DNA from: Polyangiaceae bacterium
GTDB taxonomy: Bacteria; Myxococcota_A; Polyangia; Polyangiales; Polyangiaceae
Assembly: GCA_044376115.1 (NCBI GenBank)
Contig: JBILLK010000025.1
Span: forward strand, 1 to 64,000
Direction: 5' to 3'
DNA length: 64,000 bases
Shown: positions 9,130 to 19,306 of the stretch, piece by piece
Numbering within the stretch: the first letter of the stretch is position 1
How the letters are laid out: each line of letters begins with the position of its first letter
Notes under the pieces: generated by a model
Databases searched by the model: none
What the model saw: only the letters and a program-made list of their open reading frames with translations
Told to the model about the DNA's origin: nothing
Position numbers and translations under genes: made by a program

Positions 9130-9915
9130 ATGCACCCAATCTCCCCAGCCGCGCTGGTTATGCTCGCGCTGGTTGGTTTGGCCAGCGGGTTCGTCAACAC
9201 GGTGGCCGGCGCAGGTTCGCTGCTCTCGTTGCGGGCGCTGATGCTGCTCGGCGCGCTGCCCGGTGAGGCCAACGGTACCAACCGCATCCCCGTGGTGGCC
9301 CAATCCGCGACGGCGGCGTTCGCCTTCCGCAAACATGCTCGGGTGAGCTCGGCCTTGCTGCTGACGTCGCTCGCTCCGGCCGCTGCTGGGGCGGTGGTGG
9401 GCTCGTTGCTCTCGCTGGTGGTGCCCGACCGGTTCATGAACGGTCTGCTGATTGTGGTGCTGTTCGCGGTCGCGGTGCTCGGGCTGCGTAAATCGAAGCG
9501 AGCCAGCCCGCCCGCCGACGAGAACGAAGCGGCCGAATTGCAACGGATGAAGAAGCCCAGTTCGCTCGTGTGGCTGTTCTTCTCCGGCCTTTACGGCGGT
9601 TTTTTGCAGGCCGGGGTGGGCCTCTTGCTGCTTCACGCGTTCTCGCAGGTGGCTGGGCTGGGGCTGGTTCGCAGCAACGCGCTCAAGGTGACGGTGGTGC
9701 TCGGGTTTTCGCTGGTTGCGGCCGCGATCTTCATCGCCAACGGTCAGGTGGTCTGGGCCTACGCTCTGCCGCTTTCGGCCGGGTCGGTGGTTGGGGCGGC
9801 GCTGGCCGTGCGCTTCGCGATCTCGTTCGGTGAAAAGCTGAAGATCGCGGTCGTTGTCGTGGATTTCGTCGCCTGTGTGGTGCTGCTTGCGCGCGAGCTT
9901 TCGTCGCTCTTCTGA
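9130..9915 (+). CDS. TSUP/TauE-SafE family membrane transporter
   Basis: GFVNTVAGAG, ANGTN, GLYGGFLQAGVG; multiple TM segments. Confidence 0.85.
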   Translation: MHPISPAALVMLALVGLASGFVNTVAGAGSLLSLRALMLLGALPGEANGTNRIPVVAQSATAAFAFRKHARVSSALLLTSLAPAAAGAVVGSLLSLVVPDRFMNGLLIVVLFAVAVLGLRKSKRASPPADENEAAELQRMKKPSSLVWLFFSGLYGGFLQAGVGLLLLHAFSQVAGLGLVRSNALKVTVVLGFSLVAAAIFIANGQVVWAYALPLSAGSVVGAALAVRFAISFGEKLKIAVVVVDFVACVVLLARELSSLF

Positions 9916-9983
9916 GCGCCCCGCGCGCGAAAGGAAAGCCAGTGCTTTTGAGGCGGCGCTTTATCTGGTAGGAGCCAACCGCG

Positions 9984-11606
9984 ATGGCGTCGATTCAAGT
10001 TCAGGGCGTAACCAAGCACTACGGCAGCAAACGTCTGTTCGAGGACGTTTTGGTGAACTTCAGCGATGGCCGTCGCTACGGTCTGACGGGCCCCAACGGC
10101 GCCGGTAAGTCCACCTTCATGAAGATCCTGAGCGGGGATCTCGAGCCGGATAACGGCTCGGTGCATCGCCCCGAGAAGACCAGCGTACTGCGCCAGGACC
10201 AGTTCGCCTTCGAGGACCAACGTGTGCTCGACGTCGTGATTTGCGGCAACAAGAAGCTTTGGGCCGCGATGACCGAGAAGAACGCCCTGCTCGAGAAGGA
10301 GACCCTGACGGATCCGGAGGGCGAGCGGCTGGGGGAACTCGAGGGCGTGATTGCGGAGGAAGACGGCTACTCCGCCGAGAGCGAGGCAGCCACGTTACTA
10401 GAGGGGCTCGGGCTCACGACGGTGGACCATGAACGGCCGATGCGAGAACTCCCCGGCGGTCTCAAGCTGCGGGTGCTGCTCGCGCAGGCGTTGTTCGGTA
10501 AGCCCGACGCGCTGCTGCTCGATGAGCCCACCAACAACCTGGATCTCGACACCATTCGCTGGCTCGAGCGCTTCCTCAACGCCTACGAGGGCGTGCTAGT
10601 CACCATCTCCCACGACCGGCACTTCCTGAACGAGATCTGCACGCATATCGCCGATATCGACTACGAAACCATCATCGTCTACCCCGGCGGCTACGACGAG
10701 ATGGTGATGGCCAAGAGCCAGGTCCGCTCGCGCATTGAACAGGAGAACTCCGAGCGCGCGCGGAAGATCGAGCAACTGCAAGACTTCGTGGCGAAGTTCG
10801 GTGCCGGTACCCGCGCCTCGCAGGTGCAGAGCCGCAAGAAGCAGATCGAGAAGCTCGCGCTCTCCGACCTCAAGAAGAGCAACATCGCGCGGCCCTACAT
10901 TCAGCTGCTGGTGAAGAAGCCGTCCGGCAAGCAGACCTTGACGATCGAACGACTCTCCAAGTCGTTCCCTGAGATTCCGATCGTGAAGAACTTCGACGCG
11001 CTGGTGACCAAGGGCGAAAAGATCGCCATCGTCGGTCGCAACGGTGTCGGCAAAACCACGCTCTGCCGCATGCTCTCTGGCGAGCTCGCGCCGGACAGCG
11101 GCACGCTGACGTGGGGCCATCAGGTCAGCGTCGGCTACCTCGCGCAGGACCACACGGAAGGCATCCCCAAAGACACCACCGCCGCCGAGTGGCTGCATTC
11201 GGTCGACCCGACGGCGGGCGTCCAAGACATCCGTGGGCTGCTCGGAAAAATGTTGTTCGCCGGAGACGAGGGGAAGAAGCCGACAGCGGCGCTCTCCGGT
11301 GGCGAGGCCGTGCGCCTGCTCTTCTCCAAGCTGATGCTCACCAAGGACAACGTGCTCGTGCTCGATGAGCCGACCAATCACCTCGATCTCGAGTCGATCG
11401 TTGCGTTGGGCGACGCCCTGATGCGCTACGAGGGCACCGCCTTCGTCGTCGCGCACGATCGCGAGCTGATCTCTCAGTTTGCCACGCGGCTGTGGGCGTT
11501 CACGCCCGAAGGCCTGGTCGACTTCAAGGGCGGCTACGACGCCTTCCTCGAACAGAGCGAGGCCGCTGCGGCGCTCGCAGCGTCACCTAAGAAGAAGAAG
11601 AAGTAG
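9984..11606 (+). CDS. ABC-F family ATPase (YbiT-like)
   Basis: Two NBDs (GPNGAGKS, GRNGVGKT; LLDEPTN twice), no TM domain, inter-domain linker. Confidence 0.92.
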   Translation: MASIQVQGVTKHYGSKRLFEDVLVNFSDGRRYGLTGPNGAGKSTFMKILSGDLEPDNGSVHRPEKTSVLRQDQFAFEDQRVLDVVICGNKKLWAAMTEKNALLEKETLTDPEGERLGELEGVIAEEDGYSAESEAATLLEGLGLTTVDHERPMRELPGGLKLRVLLAQALFGKPDALLLDEPTNNLDLDTIRWLERFLNAYEGVLVTISHDRHFLNEICTHIADIDYETIIVYPGGYDEMVMAKSQVRSRIEQENSERARKIEQLQDFVAKFGAGTRASQVQSRKKQIEKLALSDLKKSNIARPYIQLLVKKPSGKQTLTIERLSKSFPEIPIVKNFDALVTKGEKIAIVGRNGVGKTTLCRMLSGELAPDSGTLTWGHQVSVGYLAQDHTEGIPKDTTAAEWLHSVDPTAGVQDIRGLLGKMLFAGDEGKKPTAALSGGEAVRLLFSKLMLTKDNVLVLDEPTNHLDLESIVALGDALMRYEGTAFVVAHDRELISQFATRLWAFTPEGLVDFKGGYDAFLEQSEAAAALAASPKKKKK

Positions 11607-12432
11607 GCGGCGTGCGGCGTTGACGTTTGAGCGCCTTGAGCAGCACCTTTCGTCGGCGCTGCTCCTGTTGCTCGGGCGTCGGTTTGCGCCCGGGTAGCGG
11701 AGCCTGCTCGGCGTGATGCTCGTCGAAGGCGCCGATCGGTTGGCCAAGCTCAAACAGCGTGATCTCCCGTTGCCCGCGCTCGCCGAGCCGCACCGGCATG
11801 ACCGAAGCACCAATCCCCGCTCCCACGTAAACAGCGCCTTGGCTCGGGTCCCGCCGCGTTCCGTAAAGCCCGTGCACATAGCGATGCCCACCGATCCGGC
11901 CAAGCGCGAGCTCATTGAGCTTGGCCAAGGTGACCTGGCCGGCGTGCGTATGACCGGACAGCACGAGCGGGACGCCCGCCGCCCACAGCCCGTCTGCCTC
12001 CTCGGCGATGTGCGATAGCCCGAGCGTGGGCAGCTTGGGGTTGAGGCCGCGGATGGCCTTCTCACGATCGGCGTAGCCGGTATACGCGTCGTCCAAGCCG
12101 ACGAGTTGGAGCTGTTGCCCGCGAGCCGAAAAGACGGTGTTGCAGTTGTCGAGCACCTCGGCTCCGCCGCGCAGCAACGCTTTGCGAACCTCCGGCGCAC
12201 CCGACCAATGGTCGTGATTGCCGAGCACCGTGAACACGGGCGCGGAGAAGCCGCGGATCACCTGGCTTAGGTCATCCAGGTAGAGTTGGGAGTGGCAGAC
12301 GAAGTCCCCGGTGATCACCACTACGTCGGGCCTGGCTTGGTTGGTCAGCTCGACGGCGGCGTACTGAATGCGCATCGGGGTTACGCGGCCCACGTGAAGA
12401 TCCGTTAGGTGGGCCACTCGCAGCGGCGCCAT
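11587..12432 (-). CDS. Calcineurin-like metallophosphoesterase (YkuE-like)
   Basis: DLH, GD, GNHD, GHTH motifs. Confidence 0.9.
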   Translation of the reverse strand: MAPLRVAHLTDLHVGRVTPMRIQYAAVELTNQARPDVVVITGDFVCHSQLYLDDLSQVIRGFSAPVFTVLGNHDHWSGAPEVRKALLRGGAEVLDNCNTVFSARGQQLQLVGLDDAYTGYADREKAIRGLNPKLPTLGLSHIAEEADGLWAAGVPLVLSGHTHAGQVTLAKLNELALGRIGGHRYVHGLYGTRRDPSQGAVYVGAGIGASVMPVRLGERGQREITLFELGQPIGAFDEHHAEQAPLPGRKPTPEQQEQRRRKVLLKALKRQRRTPPTSSSS

Positions 12433-12552
12433 CGTCTGTTCGTACCAAGCTGGACCGGCGAACCTCCGAACCGAGATCGGCGAGGACGTCCGCGTAAAGG
12501 GGGGCACAGCCTGAGCATAGGCCCGGAGTTGCCGTTGTAAAGCCGAAGGACG

Positions 12553-13329
12553 CTACGGCTGCGCGTAGCCCATCACGCGGTAGATGACACGACCGCCCAG
12601 TTCGTGAATCACGGTCTCGGTGTCGTAGAGGTACTCGGCGCGCGGCAGGATGTTGCGAACTCGCCGGCGTCGAAAGTCGGTGGGAAGCGTGTCGACCTCG
12701 AGGCCCTCCGCTCGAAAACACTCGCGGGACCGGAGCATGTGGTACGCGCTGGTGATCAGCAGCGGCGATTGAAAGCCCCGGTCACGCACGATCTTGACGC
12801 TGTAGACGGCGTTTTGTCGGGTGTTCAGCGAGAGGTCCTCGACGATCAGTCGGTCCTCCGCGATGCCCCAATCCATCAGCTGCGCCTTCATCACCTCGCT
12901 CTCGTCGGAGCCAGTGAGGATGGCCTGTTTGGCTTGGCCCGACTTGAGTACTTCGTACGCGACGGTGAGCCGTTCGATGTTGGCGTTGTAGCTCCCTCGG
13001 CCCGCGGCTTGCGGTGCGCTGTCGACGGCGCCACCCAAGACGATCACCACATCGTAGGTTTTTCCGGGGGTGCGCTCGTCCTGCGCACTGCGTTCGGCGA
13101 TTCGCCAGAGGCCGTTGCTCACCGAGGGGCAGCCGGCAAAAAACAGCAGACCGAGCGCGATCGAACTCAGCGGTCGCTTGATCCGCCAAGGCAATCGAGG
13201 CTGGGTTTTCGTCGTGGCCGGCGGGCTGCGCCTGCGGCGTACGAGCACTGCCTCGAGGAGCAAAAGCGCTAGCACCCACGCTAGCGGACTCAGCAGTAGG
13301 TCCAACGTCTTGGACAAAAGAAAAAACAC
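12553..13329 (-). CDS. YdcF/ElyC (DUF218) family protein
   Basis: IVLGG, SLNTRQNA, ITSAYHMLRS, HE motif; N-terminal TM. Confidence 0.88.
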   Translation of the reverse strand: MFFLLSKTLDLLLSPLAWVLALLLLEAVLVRRRRSPPATTKTQPRLPWRIKRPLSSIALGLLFFAGCPSVSNGLWRIAERSAQDERTPGKTYDVVIVLGGAVDSAPQAAGRGSYNANIERLTVAYEVLKSGQAKQAILTGSDESEVMKAQLMDWGIAEDRLIVEDLSLNTRQNAVYSVKIVRDRGFQSPLLITSAYHMLRSRECFRAEGLEVDTLPTDFRRRRVRNILPRAEYLYDTETVIHELGGRVIYRVMGYAQP

Positions 13330-13374
13330 GCCTATCCCTACACCGGCTGGATAGAACTTAGTACGTTCCCGCGC

Positions 13375-14391
13375 ATGTCTGGAGAAACCGTCGTCGTCAC
13401 GGGTGCCGCTGGCTACGTGGGCACCTATGTGGTCAAAGAACTGCTCTCACGCGGGTATCGCGTCCGCGCCACCGTGCGTGAAGCCGGAGATCGTAAGAAG
13501 ACGGCGCACCTTCGCGCCATGGCGAACGAGGAGCAGCTCGAGCTCCATTCGGCGGATCTCGAGGTCGCTGGCAGCTTTGAGCAGGCGATGGCCGGCGCCC
13601 AGTACGTCATTCACTCGGCCAGCGTGGTGCAGCTAACCGCCAAGGATCCGCAGCGTGAGATCGTCGACGTCGCTGTGACCGGCACCCGCAACGTGATTCA
13701 GACCGCCATCGCCGCCGGCTCGGTCAAGCGCATCGTCATGACCTCCAGCATTTCAGCGGTCGTCAGCAATGATCGCGACCAGCGCTACATCTTCTCGGAG
13801 GGAGATTGGAACGACGCGGCTACCGTCAAGTCGGACGCATACGGCGTTAGCAAAGTCGAATCGGAGCGGACTGCGCGCAGGCTCGTGGACGGCAAAGGCG
13901 TAGAGTTCGTCGCGATTTGCCCCGGCCTCGTGCTCGGGCCGGTGCTTAGCGAGGCTCACCTTCGAACCAGCCCGGTCGTGCTGTTCGAGGTGATGTCGGG
14001 CAAATTCCCCGCGATCCCGAACTTCTTTTTCCAGGTGGTGGACGTGCGCGATGTCGCCATCGCGCATGTGGCGGCGATGGAGCGTGAAAAGCCCTCGAGC
14101 CGCTACGTTTGCACCGCGTCGGCGATGGGGCTGCGGCAGATGGCCGAGATCGCTCGTCGCGCCTGCCCTCGTGCCAAGATTTCGCGTTGGCCGATGCCCA
14201 GCCCGGCGATGTACGCGCTGGCCGCTTTCGATAAGCGGATCTCTTTCTCCTTCCTCGAACGCAACTTGGACAGCGTTCCGACCTTCGACAACTCACGCAT
14301 CAAGAAGGAACTCGGGCTCAACTTCCGCCCTGTCGAAGTGTCGGTTGGAGATACCGCCCGCTCGATGGAAGAGGGCGGGTTCTTGGCCTAG
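13375..14391 (+). CDS. NAD-dependent epimerase/dihydroflavonol-reductase-like protein
   Basis: TGAAGYVG, TSS, YGVSK, VDVRDVA. Confidence 0.88.
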   Translation: MSGETVVVTGAAGYVGTYVVKELLSRGYRVRATVREAGDRKKTAHLRAMANEEQLELHSADLEVAGSFEQAMAGAQYVIHSASVVQLTAKDPQREIVDVAVTGTRNVIQTAIAAGSVKRIVMTSSISAVVSNDRDQRYIFSEGDWNDAATVKSDAYGVSKVESERTARRLVDGKGVEFVAICPGLVLGPVLSEAHLRTSPVVLFEVMSGKFPAIPNFFFQVVDVRDVAIAHVAAMEREKPSSRYVCTASAMGLRQMAEIARRACPRAKISRWPMPSPAMYALAAFDKRISFSFLERNLDSVPTFDNSRIKKELGLNFRPVEVSVGDTARSMEEGGFLA

Positions 14392-15854
14392 CTCTTCAAC
14401 ATCGAGCTGATGATCTTGGGGCTCTGGTTCGAGATGTGATCGAACGGTAGCCCCGCTGCGCTGAGCAGCGTTGCGTGAACGTCGGGCGGCTTGATCAAGT
14501 GCCCCGTCTCGTCTGCCGGTGCGCCGGTCGCGAGGTCCACGGGGCGCGAGTCATAGTTTGAGTCTTTGGTCGCACCGACGACGTGGTTGCCCTTGATGCC
14601 GTTGCCAGCCACCAAACAGGCCGACGCTAAATGGTGGTCTCGCCCACCGGTGGCGTTGATGCGCGGAGTGCGCGCAAACTCGGAGAAGCAAAGCAAGGTC
14701 GTGCGGTCCCAATAGGGCTTCCCCTTGGGATCTAGCGTGGCCTTTAGATAGGTAATCAAATTGCTGACGGCATCAAAGCCTTGGCGCTGCCGCTGCGGAT
14801 GGTTGGCCGTCCAGTCGTCGTCGAAGTGGGCATCGGTGATGGAGGCGATGCGCACCAAGACCACCTGCGAGATGCCGTTCACGAGCGCCTGGGCGGCGAG
14901 GGCCGCCTGCCCGGCAGGCTTGCCTGCGAGCGCTGCCGAGGGGTTGGCCGGATCCGCGCCGAAGGTGGCGTAGAGCTCGGCGAGCTGCGAATCCACCGGC
15001 GGGTTGGGCTTGAAGTCGAAGTGCGTGAAGAGCCCGCCGTTGGCCAGCGCTTGCGCTGTTTGCCAAGCCGAGACGTGATTCGATAGAGCCTGCCTGCCGT
15101 CCACCTGGGCCTCGTAGCAACCGCCGTCGGCGTAGAGCTTGGCGGCGGCTTGCTCAACCGAGCCTGGAAGCGCGAGCGATTGATTGAGCGGGCGCAACAC
15201 CTGCTGCATCTCGGCGAAGCTCGGCACCGAAAGACCGCTGGCGTTCGGGTCCATCCCCTCGTTGTAGGTCTCGGCGCCGCCGGTCACCAAGTTCGGGATC
15301 TTGAAGCGGTCGAGTAAGCCGGACGAGGCAGCCCATGCGGTCTCCAAGGAGCTGCCCGAGGCTGCCAGTCCGCGCGGGAACTTGCCGGTCAAAAAGAAGC
15401 GCCGGCCTACCTCGTGGGTGAGCGTGCCCATGTTGACCCCGCGCACCACGCACAGGTCTTCCCAATGTTCCTGGGCGAGCTTCTCCATGGTGGGGCCGTA
15501 ATCCACGGCGCAGCCGTTGGGGCGCACGATGCCTGTCCCGCCAGTGTTCTCGAGCGTGGTTTGTGTCACCGCGTCGGTGATGAGGTCGAAGCCGGTATAG
15601 ATGCCGCCGCTGGGCTCACCGAACAAAGTGTGGCTGCGCGGATCGAGGCACAGCAACGTGTCCCAGCCATTCGCGAACTCGCACAGCACCAAGAGCGGCG
15701 CGTTGTCTGGGTCGACCTCGGCCGAGGCGTGGCGGGTGCCGAAGAAGCCGTCCATCATGACGGTTCCACCGAGGCCGGCGAGGAGAGCGCGCCGGCTGAG
15801 GGCGAGCCTGCGAGGCGGGTTCGAGCGGCGAGACGGCTGATTGCGATGGTTCAT
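14388..15854 (-). CDS. DUF1501-family Tat-exported protein
   Basis: LSRRALLAG Tat signal, GWD..DP, SEFARTP, GRDHH. Confidence 0.82.
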   Translation of the reverse strand: MNHRNQPSRRSNPPRRLALSRRALLAGLGGTVMMDGFFGTRHASAEVDPDNAPLLVLCEFANGWDTLLCLDPRSHTLFGEPSGGIYTGFDLITDAVTQTTLENTGGTGIVRPNGCAVDYGPTMEKLAQEHWEDLCVVRGVNMGTLTHEVGRRFFLTGKFPRGLAASGSSLETAWAASSGLLDRFKIPNLVTGGAETYNEGMDPNASGLSVPSFAEMQQVLRPLNQSLALPGSVEQAAAKLYADGGCYEAQVDGRQALSNHVSAWQTAQALANGGLFTHFDFKPNPPVDSQLAELYATFGADPANPSAALAGKPAGQAALAAQALVNGISQVVLVRIASITDAHFDDDWTANHPQRQRQGFDAVSNLITYLKATLDPKGKPYWDRTTLLCFSEFARTPRINATGGRDHHLASACLVAGNGIKGNHVVGATKDSNYDSRPVDLATGAPADETGHLIKPPDVHATLLSAAGLPFDHISNQSPKIISSMLKS

Positions 15855-15868
15855 GGCTGCTTCTCCAC

Positions 15869-16567
15869 CTAGTTGTTGTGGAAGAGGGGGTGCTCGAACA
15901 GGGCGACGCAGACCCCGCGCCAGCCCTCCGCTCGGGCGTTGAGTTGAGCGCCTTCGGGAACCGGTTCCGCTGCACCGGCTTCGTAGACCGCCTTCAGCCC
16001 GACGATCAACCGCGCGTCTTGATCGAGGCGGAGACCTAGGAACTTCAGCGCCAAGAACCGAAGGTTGTCGGTGATTTCGGCGTCGGTTGGCTCGGCGTCG
16101 ACTGAGGCCTTCGGAAACAGGCTACGGCTCGTCGGGTCAGTGCGCAGAAGGTCGTTCTTCGCCATGTCGGTGCAGATGGCTCGGGCGGCGTCTCCCACGA
16201 ACTTCAGATAGAGGGCGCTCGAGACCGTTTGCTCTTCCGTGGTGGATTGGAAGTCGGGCCGGCCCAGCGCCTTGCCGAACACCTCATCGGAGAAGCCGTT
16301 CTTCCCGTTGACGCGCCACTCGATGGGCTGCCCGTGGACGTCGGTGCCCGCGATTCGGGTCATCGAAGCCGACAACTGATCGAGCTGAAGGCGCGCGGGC
16401 TGGTTGGCCAGCACGGCCTCATCGGGCGTCAGCGCCACGGAGGTGGACTCCGGGTCGAGGGTGAACGGAGGCTCGCCGGAGGTCGAGGTAGCGCTCGTCG
16501 GGAGCGTCTCGGTTTCACAGCCGAACAGCGCCAGGGCGGCGAAGAAGGAAACGAAGGCCGACTTCAT
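15869..16567 (-). CDS. Hypothetical lipoprotein in DUF1501 cluster
   Basis: LFGC lipobox; C-terminal W..VCVALFEHPLF helix. Confidence 0.75.
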   Translation of the reverse strand: MKSAFVSFFAALALFGCETETLPTSATSTSGEPPFTLDPESTSVALTPDEAVLANQPARLQLDQLSASMTRIAGTDVHGQPIEWRVNGKNGFSDEVFGKALGRPDFQSTTEEQTVSSALYLKFVGDAARAICTDMAKNDLLRTDPTSRSLFPKASVDAEPTDAEITDNLRFLALKFLGLRLDQDARLIVGLKAVYEAGAAEPVPEGAQLNARAEGWRGVCVALFEHPLFHNN

Positions 16568-18246
16568 CGGGCTCTCCTATAGGCGGGCAAAAGGACGATC
16601 TCCCGAACGGCCTTGCGAATGTCGTCGTGCTCTTGGAAGGCCTCCGCGATCAACGCCAGTTCTTCCCCCTCGTAGGTTGGCGACGCCAGATCGAGATCGG
16701 GTGGGCGCTTCATCAAGAACTCAAACAGCTGGTTGACGGCTACGCGGTGAAAGCTGCCGTCATCAATGATCTTCTGTGCCCAGGCCGCAGGACCGCTGTC
16801 GAAGTTGGGTTCAATGTCCGTGTGGATCTCGTCCTCGCCGGCCCAACGCAACGCTTTGAGCTTGTACGGTCGAATGTCGGGGTCCACCTCATCAGGCACT
16901 GGCTCGTAGAAGCGGTCACAATACGTCATGCTCGCAGGCGCGATCGCTTTGCGACAGGCATCGGCCGTTGGGTACTCGCGAGCGAGCGTCTCGAGCGAGC
17001 TCGAGCCGGCCTCTGCGAACTGACCGAAGTAGGCCGAAAGCGGCTCCAAGCTCACGTGGCAGCCACGACAAACGCAGCGGCCGGTGAGGTCATCTCCTTC
17101 GGGCGCGCACTGATCGTCGAGCGTGCTCGGCGGCTGATAGAACTTGCCCTCGAAGGCGATCCGAAAGCGGTTGGCGCGACCGCGGTTGGTTTGAAAGCGC
17201 AGCAGGAATGCGGGCAGCGTAAGTAGGCCCGCGTGCAATTCGGAGCGCTCCGTCTCCTCCCAGTGGTCACGATCGGTGAAGGGGATATCGGGGTTGGACG
17301 AGTCATTCGGCGCGAGCCAGTTTTGAGTGCGGGCGTAGGTTTGGCGCGGGGCGAGATAACGCAAGAAGTGTGAGAGCGGCCCGTTCGTCCACTTCATCTT
17401 GGTGGTCAGGATCTCGGAGTACGGCTTGCCCAGTACGGTGTGATCATCGATCAGCCGCAGCAGCTGCTCACGCATCGACGAAAGCACCGGCGTGGTGACC
17501 GCCGAGGAGAGCATGCAGTAGTTGAGCGACTCACCGCAGCCGCACTCTTTGGCCGAAGCCGCCGCCAAGGTGTCACAGGAGTAGGTACCCGCGTCGGCGC
17601 CGCTCACGACCTCGTAGTTGGTCGTGGTCTGAGCGTCGAAGGCGCACACCTTGATGGTCTTGGCTGGGTCTGACTCCCAATAGGGCAACACCTCGATGTA
17701 GCCCTCCTGGAAGTACGGACCTACTGCGTCGCTCCCCGCTGGTTCAGCGATGGGCAGCCCGCTCGCGTCGTAGCCGAGCTGCGCCTGAGGCTTGTTCTGG
17801 CACATGTGCGTGCCGTCTCCGCCGCGGAAGGCCTTGCGCTTGGTGGTTGAAGTGACGCCGTGAAGCTTCTCCCCATCAACGGTAACGGTGGTCAAGCCAA
17901 AGCCGACCTCGCTGATCTGGACACTCGGGTTCGTCCAAAGGAGCCCTTCATGATAGCGGCGCAGCTGGATTCGAAGCTCCTCCGAGGCGAGGTACTGATC
18001 GAGCAACGCCTCCGGGATCTCGTCACCGCTTCCGAGCGCCTCGTAGTCCTCGACCGCAGGCACCACCCCGCGCAGATCGAGGGAGAGCCGACGCAGCTGG
18101 CGTTCGACAGGTAAGTCGGGGCCGACCGCATCAAACTCCTGCTGCGTGCAAAGATGGCCGCCCTGCTCCGGCGCCCCTCCCAATGCAAACTGCGGAAGCA
18201 ACATGGCGGAAAGCAGAAGCCCGTAGGAAAGCTGTCGCGCGCTCAT
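16564..18246 (-). CDS. Secreted Cys-rich protein with CxxCH (DUF1549/1553/1585-like partner of DUF1501)
   Basis: LRRLSLDLRG..P, HAGLLT, NRGRA, CRGCH; 4-bp overlap with downstream gene. Confidence 0.75.
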   Translation of the reverse strand: MSARQLSYGLLLSAMLLPQFALGGAPEQGGHLCTQQEFDAVGPDLPVERQLRRLSLDLRGVVPAVEDYEALGSGDEIPEALLDQYLASEELRIQLRRYHEGLLWTNPSVQISEVGFGLTTVTVDGEKLHGVTSTTKRKAFRGGDGTHMCQNKPQAQLGYDASGLPIAEPAGSDAVGPYFQEGYIEVLPYWESDPAKTIKVCAFDAQTTTNYEVVSGADAGTYSCDTLAAASAKECGCGESLNYCMLSSAVTTPVLSSMREQLLRLIDDHTVLGKPYSEILTTKMKWTNGPLSHFLRYLAPRQTYARTQNWLAPNDSSNPDIPFTDRDHWEETERSELHAGLLTLPAFLLRFQTNRGRANRFRIAFEGKFYQPPSTLDDQCAPEGDDLTGRCVCRGCHVSLEPLSAYFGQFAEAGSSSLETLAREYPTADACRKAIAPASMTYCDRFYEPVPDEVDPDIRPYKLKALRWAGEDEIHTDIEPNFDSGPAAWAQKIIDDGSFHRVAVNQLFEFLMKRPPDLDLASPTYEGEELALIAEAFQEHDDIRKAVREIVLLPAYRRAR

Positions 18247-18316
18247 TGGCGCTTCGAGTAGAGCCTGCTGCAGCTGCGGAGGCAAGGCTGCCCCGCCAAA
18301 ACCAAGGGGAGTTTTC

Positions 18317-19288
18317 GTGAAGCCAAGCATTCATCTCGTTGCGGCCGCAGTGCCAGTCTCGCTCGTGGGTTTGGGCGCAGTGGCGGTGCTACTGCTCATC
18401 TTGCTCATTGCGAGCGTGCGCACCGTCATTCAAGGCAATGTCGCGGTGGTGACGCTGTTCGGTAAGTACCGGCGCGTGCTGACGCCGGGGCTGAACTTCG
18501 TCATCCCGTTCCTGGAACGAATCCACCGGGTCATCTCCATTCAACATCGTTCCGCGGAGCTCGCGTTCCAGGCCATCACCTCCGATCAAGCCAACGTCTA
18601 CTTCAAGGCGATGCTGCTCTACTCGGTGATCGATGCTGACGAGGAGACGGTCAAGAAGGTCGCCTTCCGCTTCATCAACCAGGATAACTTTTACCAGGCC
18701 CTGGTTCGCTCGGTGGAGGGCGCCGTGCGCTCCTTCGTAGCGACCAAACGCCAGACCGAGATCCTCTCGCTTCGCTCGGAGATCGTCGGCTACGTCAAGA
18801 ACCACATCGATGAGAGTCTCGCGACGTGGGGCTACCACCTGATTGACGTGCAACTGAACGACATCGTGTTCGACAAGCCAGTGATGGACTCGATGGCGCA
18901 GGTCGTCGCTTCGAAGAACATGTTGGCCGCCGCCGAAAACGAGGGCCAGGCGCTGCTGATTCGCAAAACGCGTGAGGCCGAAGCAGAAGGCAACGCCGTG
19001 CGCATCAGCGCGGAGGCCGAGCGAACCGCACAGCAGGCGCGTGGGCAGGGCATCGCGCTGTTCCGCGAAGAGGCAGCGAAGGGCATCTCGCATGCGGCGA
19101 AAGAGGTTCAAGATGCTGGCCTTGGGCCCTCGTTGATCCTGTTCCAGATGTGGACCGAGTCGGTGCGCCACATCGCCGAACACGGTCGAGGCAATACGAT
19201 CTTCCTCGATGGTTCGGTCGACGGGATGCACCAGACGATGCGCCAGATTCAGTCGCTTGAGACACAAAGGCTGCAGCGCGGAGATTGA
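18317..19288 (+). CDS. SPFH/band 7 domain protein
   Basis: N-terminal TM, FGKY..VLTPGLNFVIP, AEAE coiled region. Confidence 0.9.
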   Translation: MKPSIHLVAAAVPVSLVGLGAVAVLLLILLIASVRTVIQGNVAVVTLFGKYRRVLTPGLNFVIPFLERIHRVISIQHRSAELAFQAITSDQANVYFKAMLLYSVIDADEETVKKVAFRFINQDNFYQALVRSVEGAVRSFVATKRQTEILSLRSEIVGYVKNHIDESLATWGYHLIDVQLNDIVFDKPVMDSMAQVVASKNMLAAAENEGQALLIRKTREAEAEGNAVRISAEAERTAQQARGQGIALFREEAAKGISHAAKEVQDAGLGPSLILFQMWTESVRHIAEHGRGNTIFLDGSVDGMHQTMRQIQSLETQRLQRGD

Positions 19289-19306
19289 GCTAAGCTCGCC
19301 ATCTCG

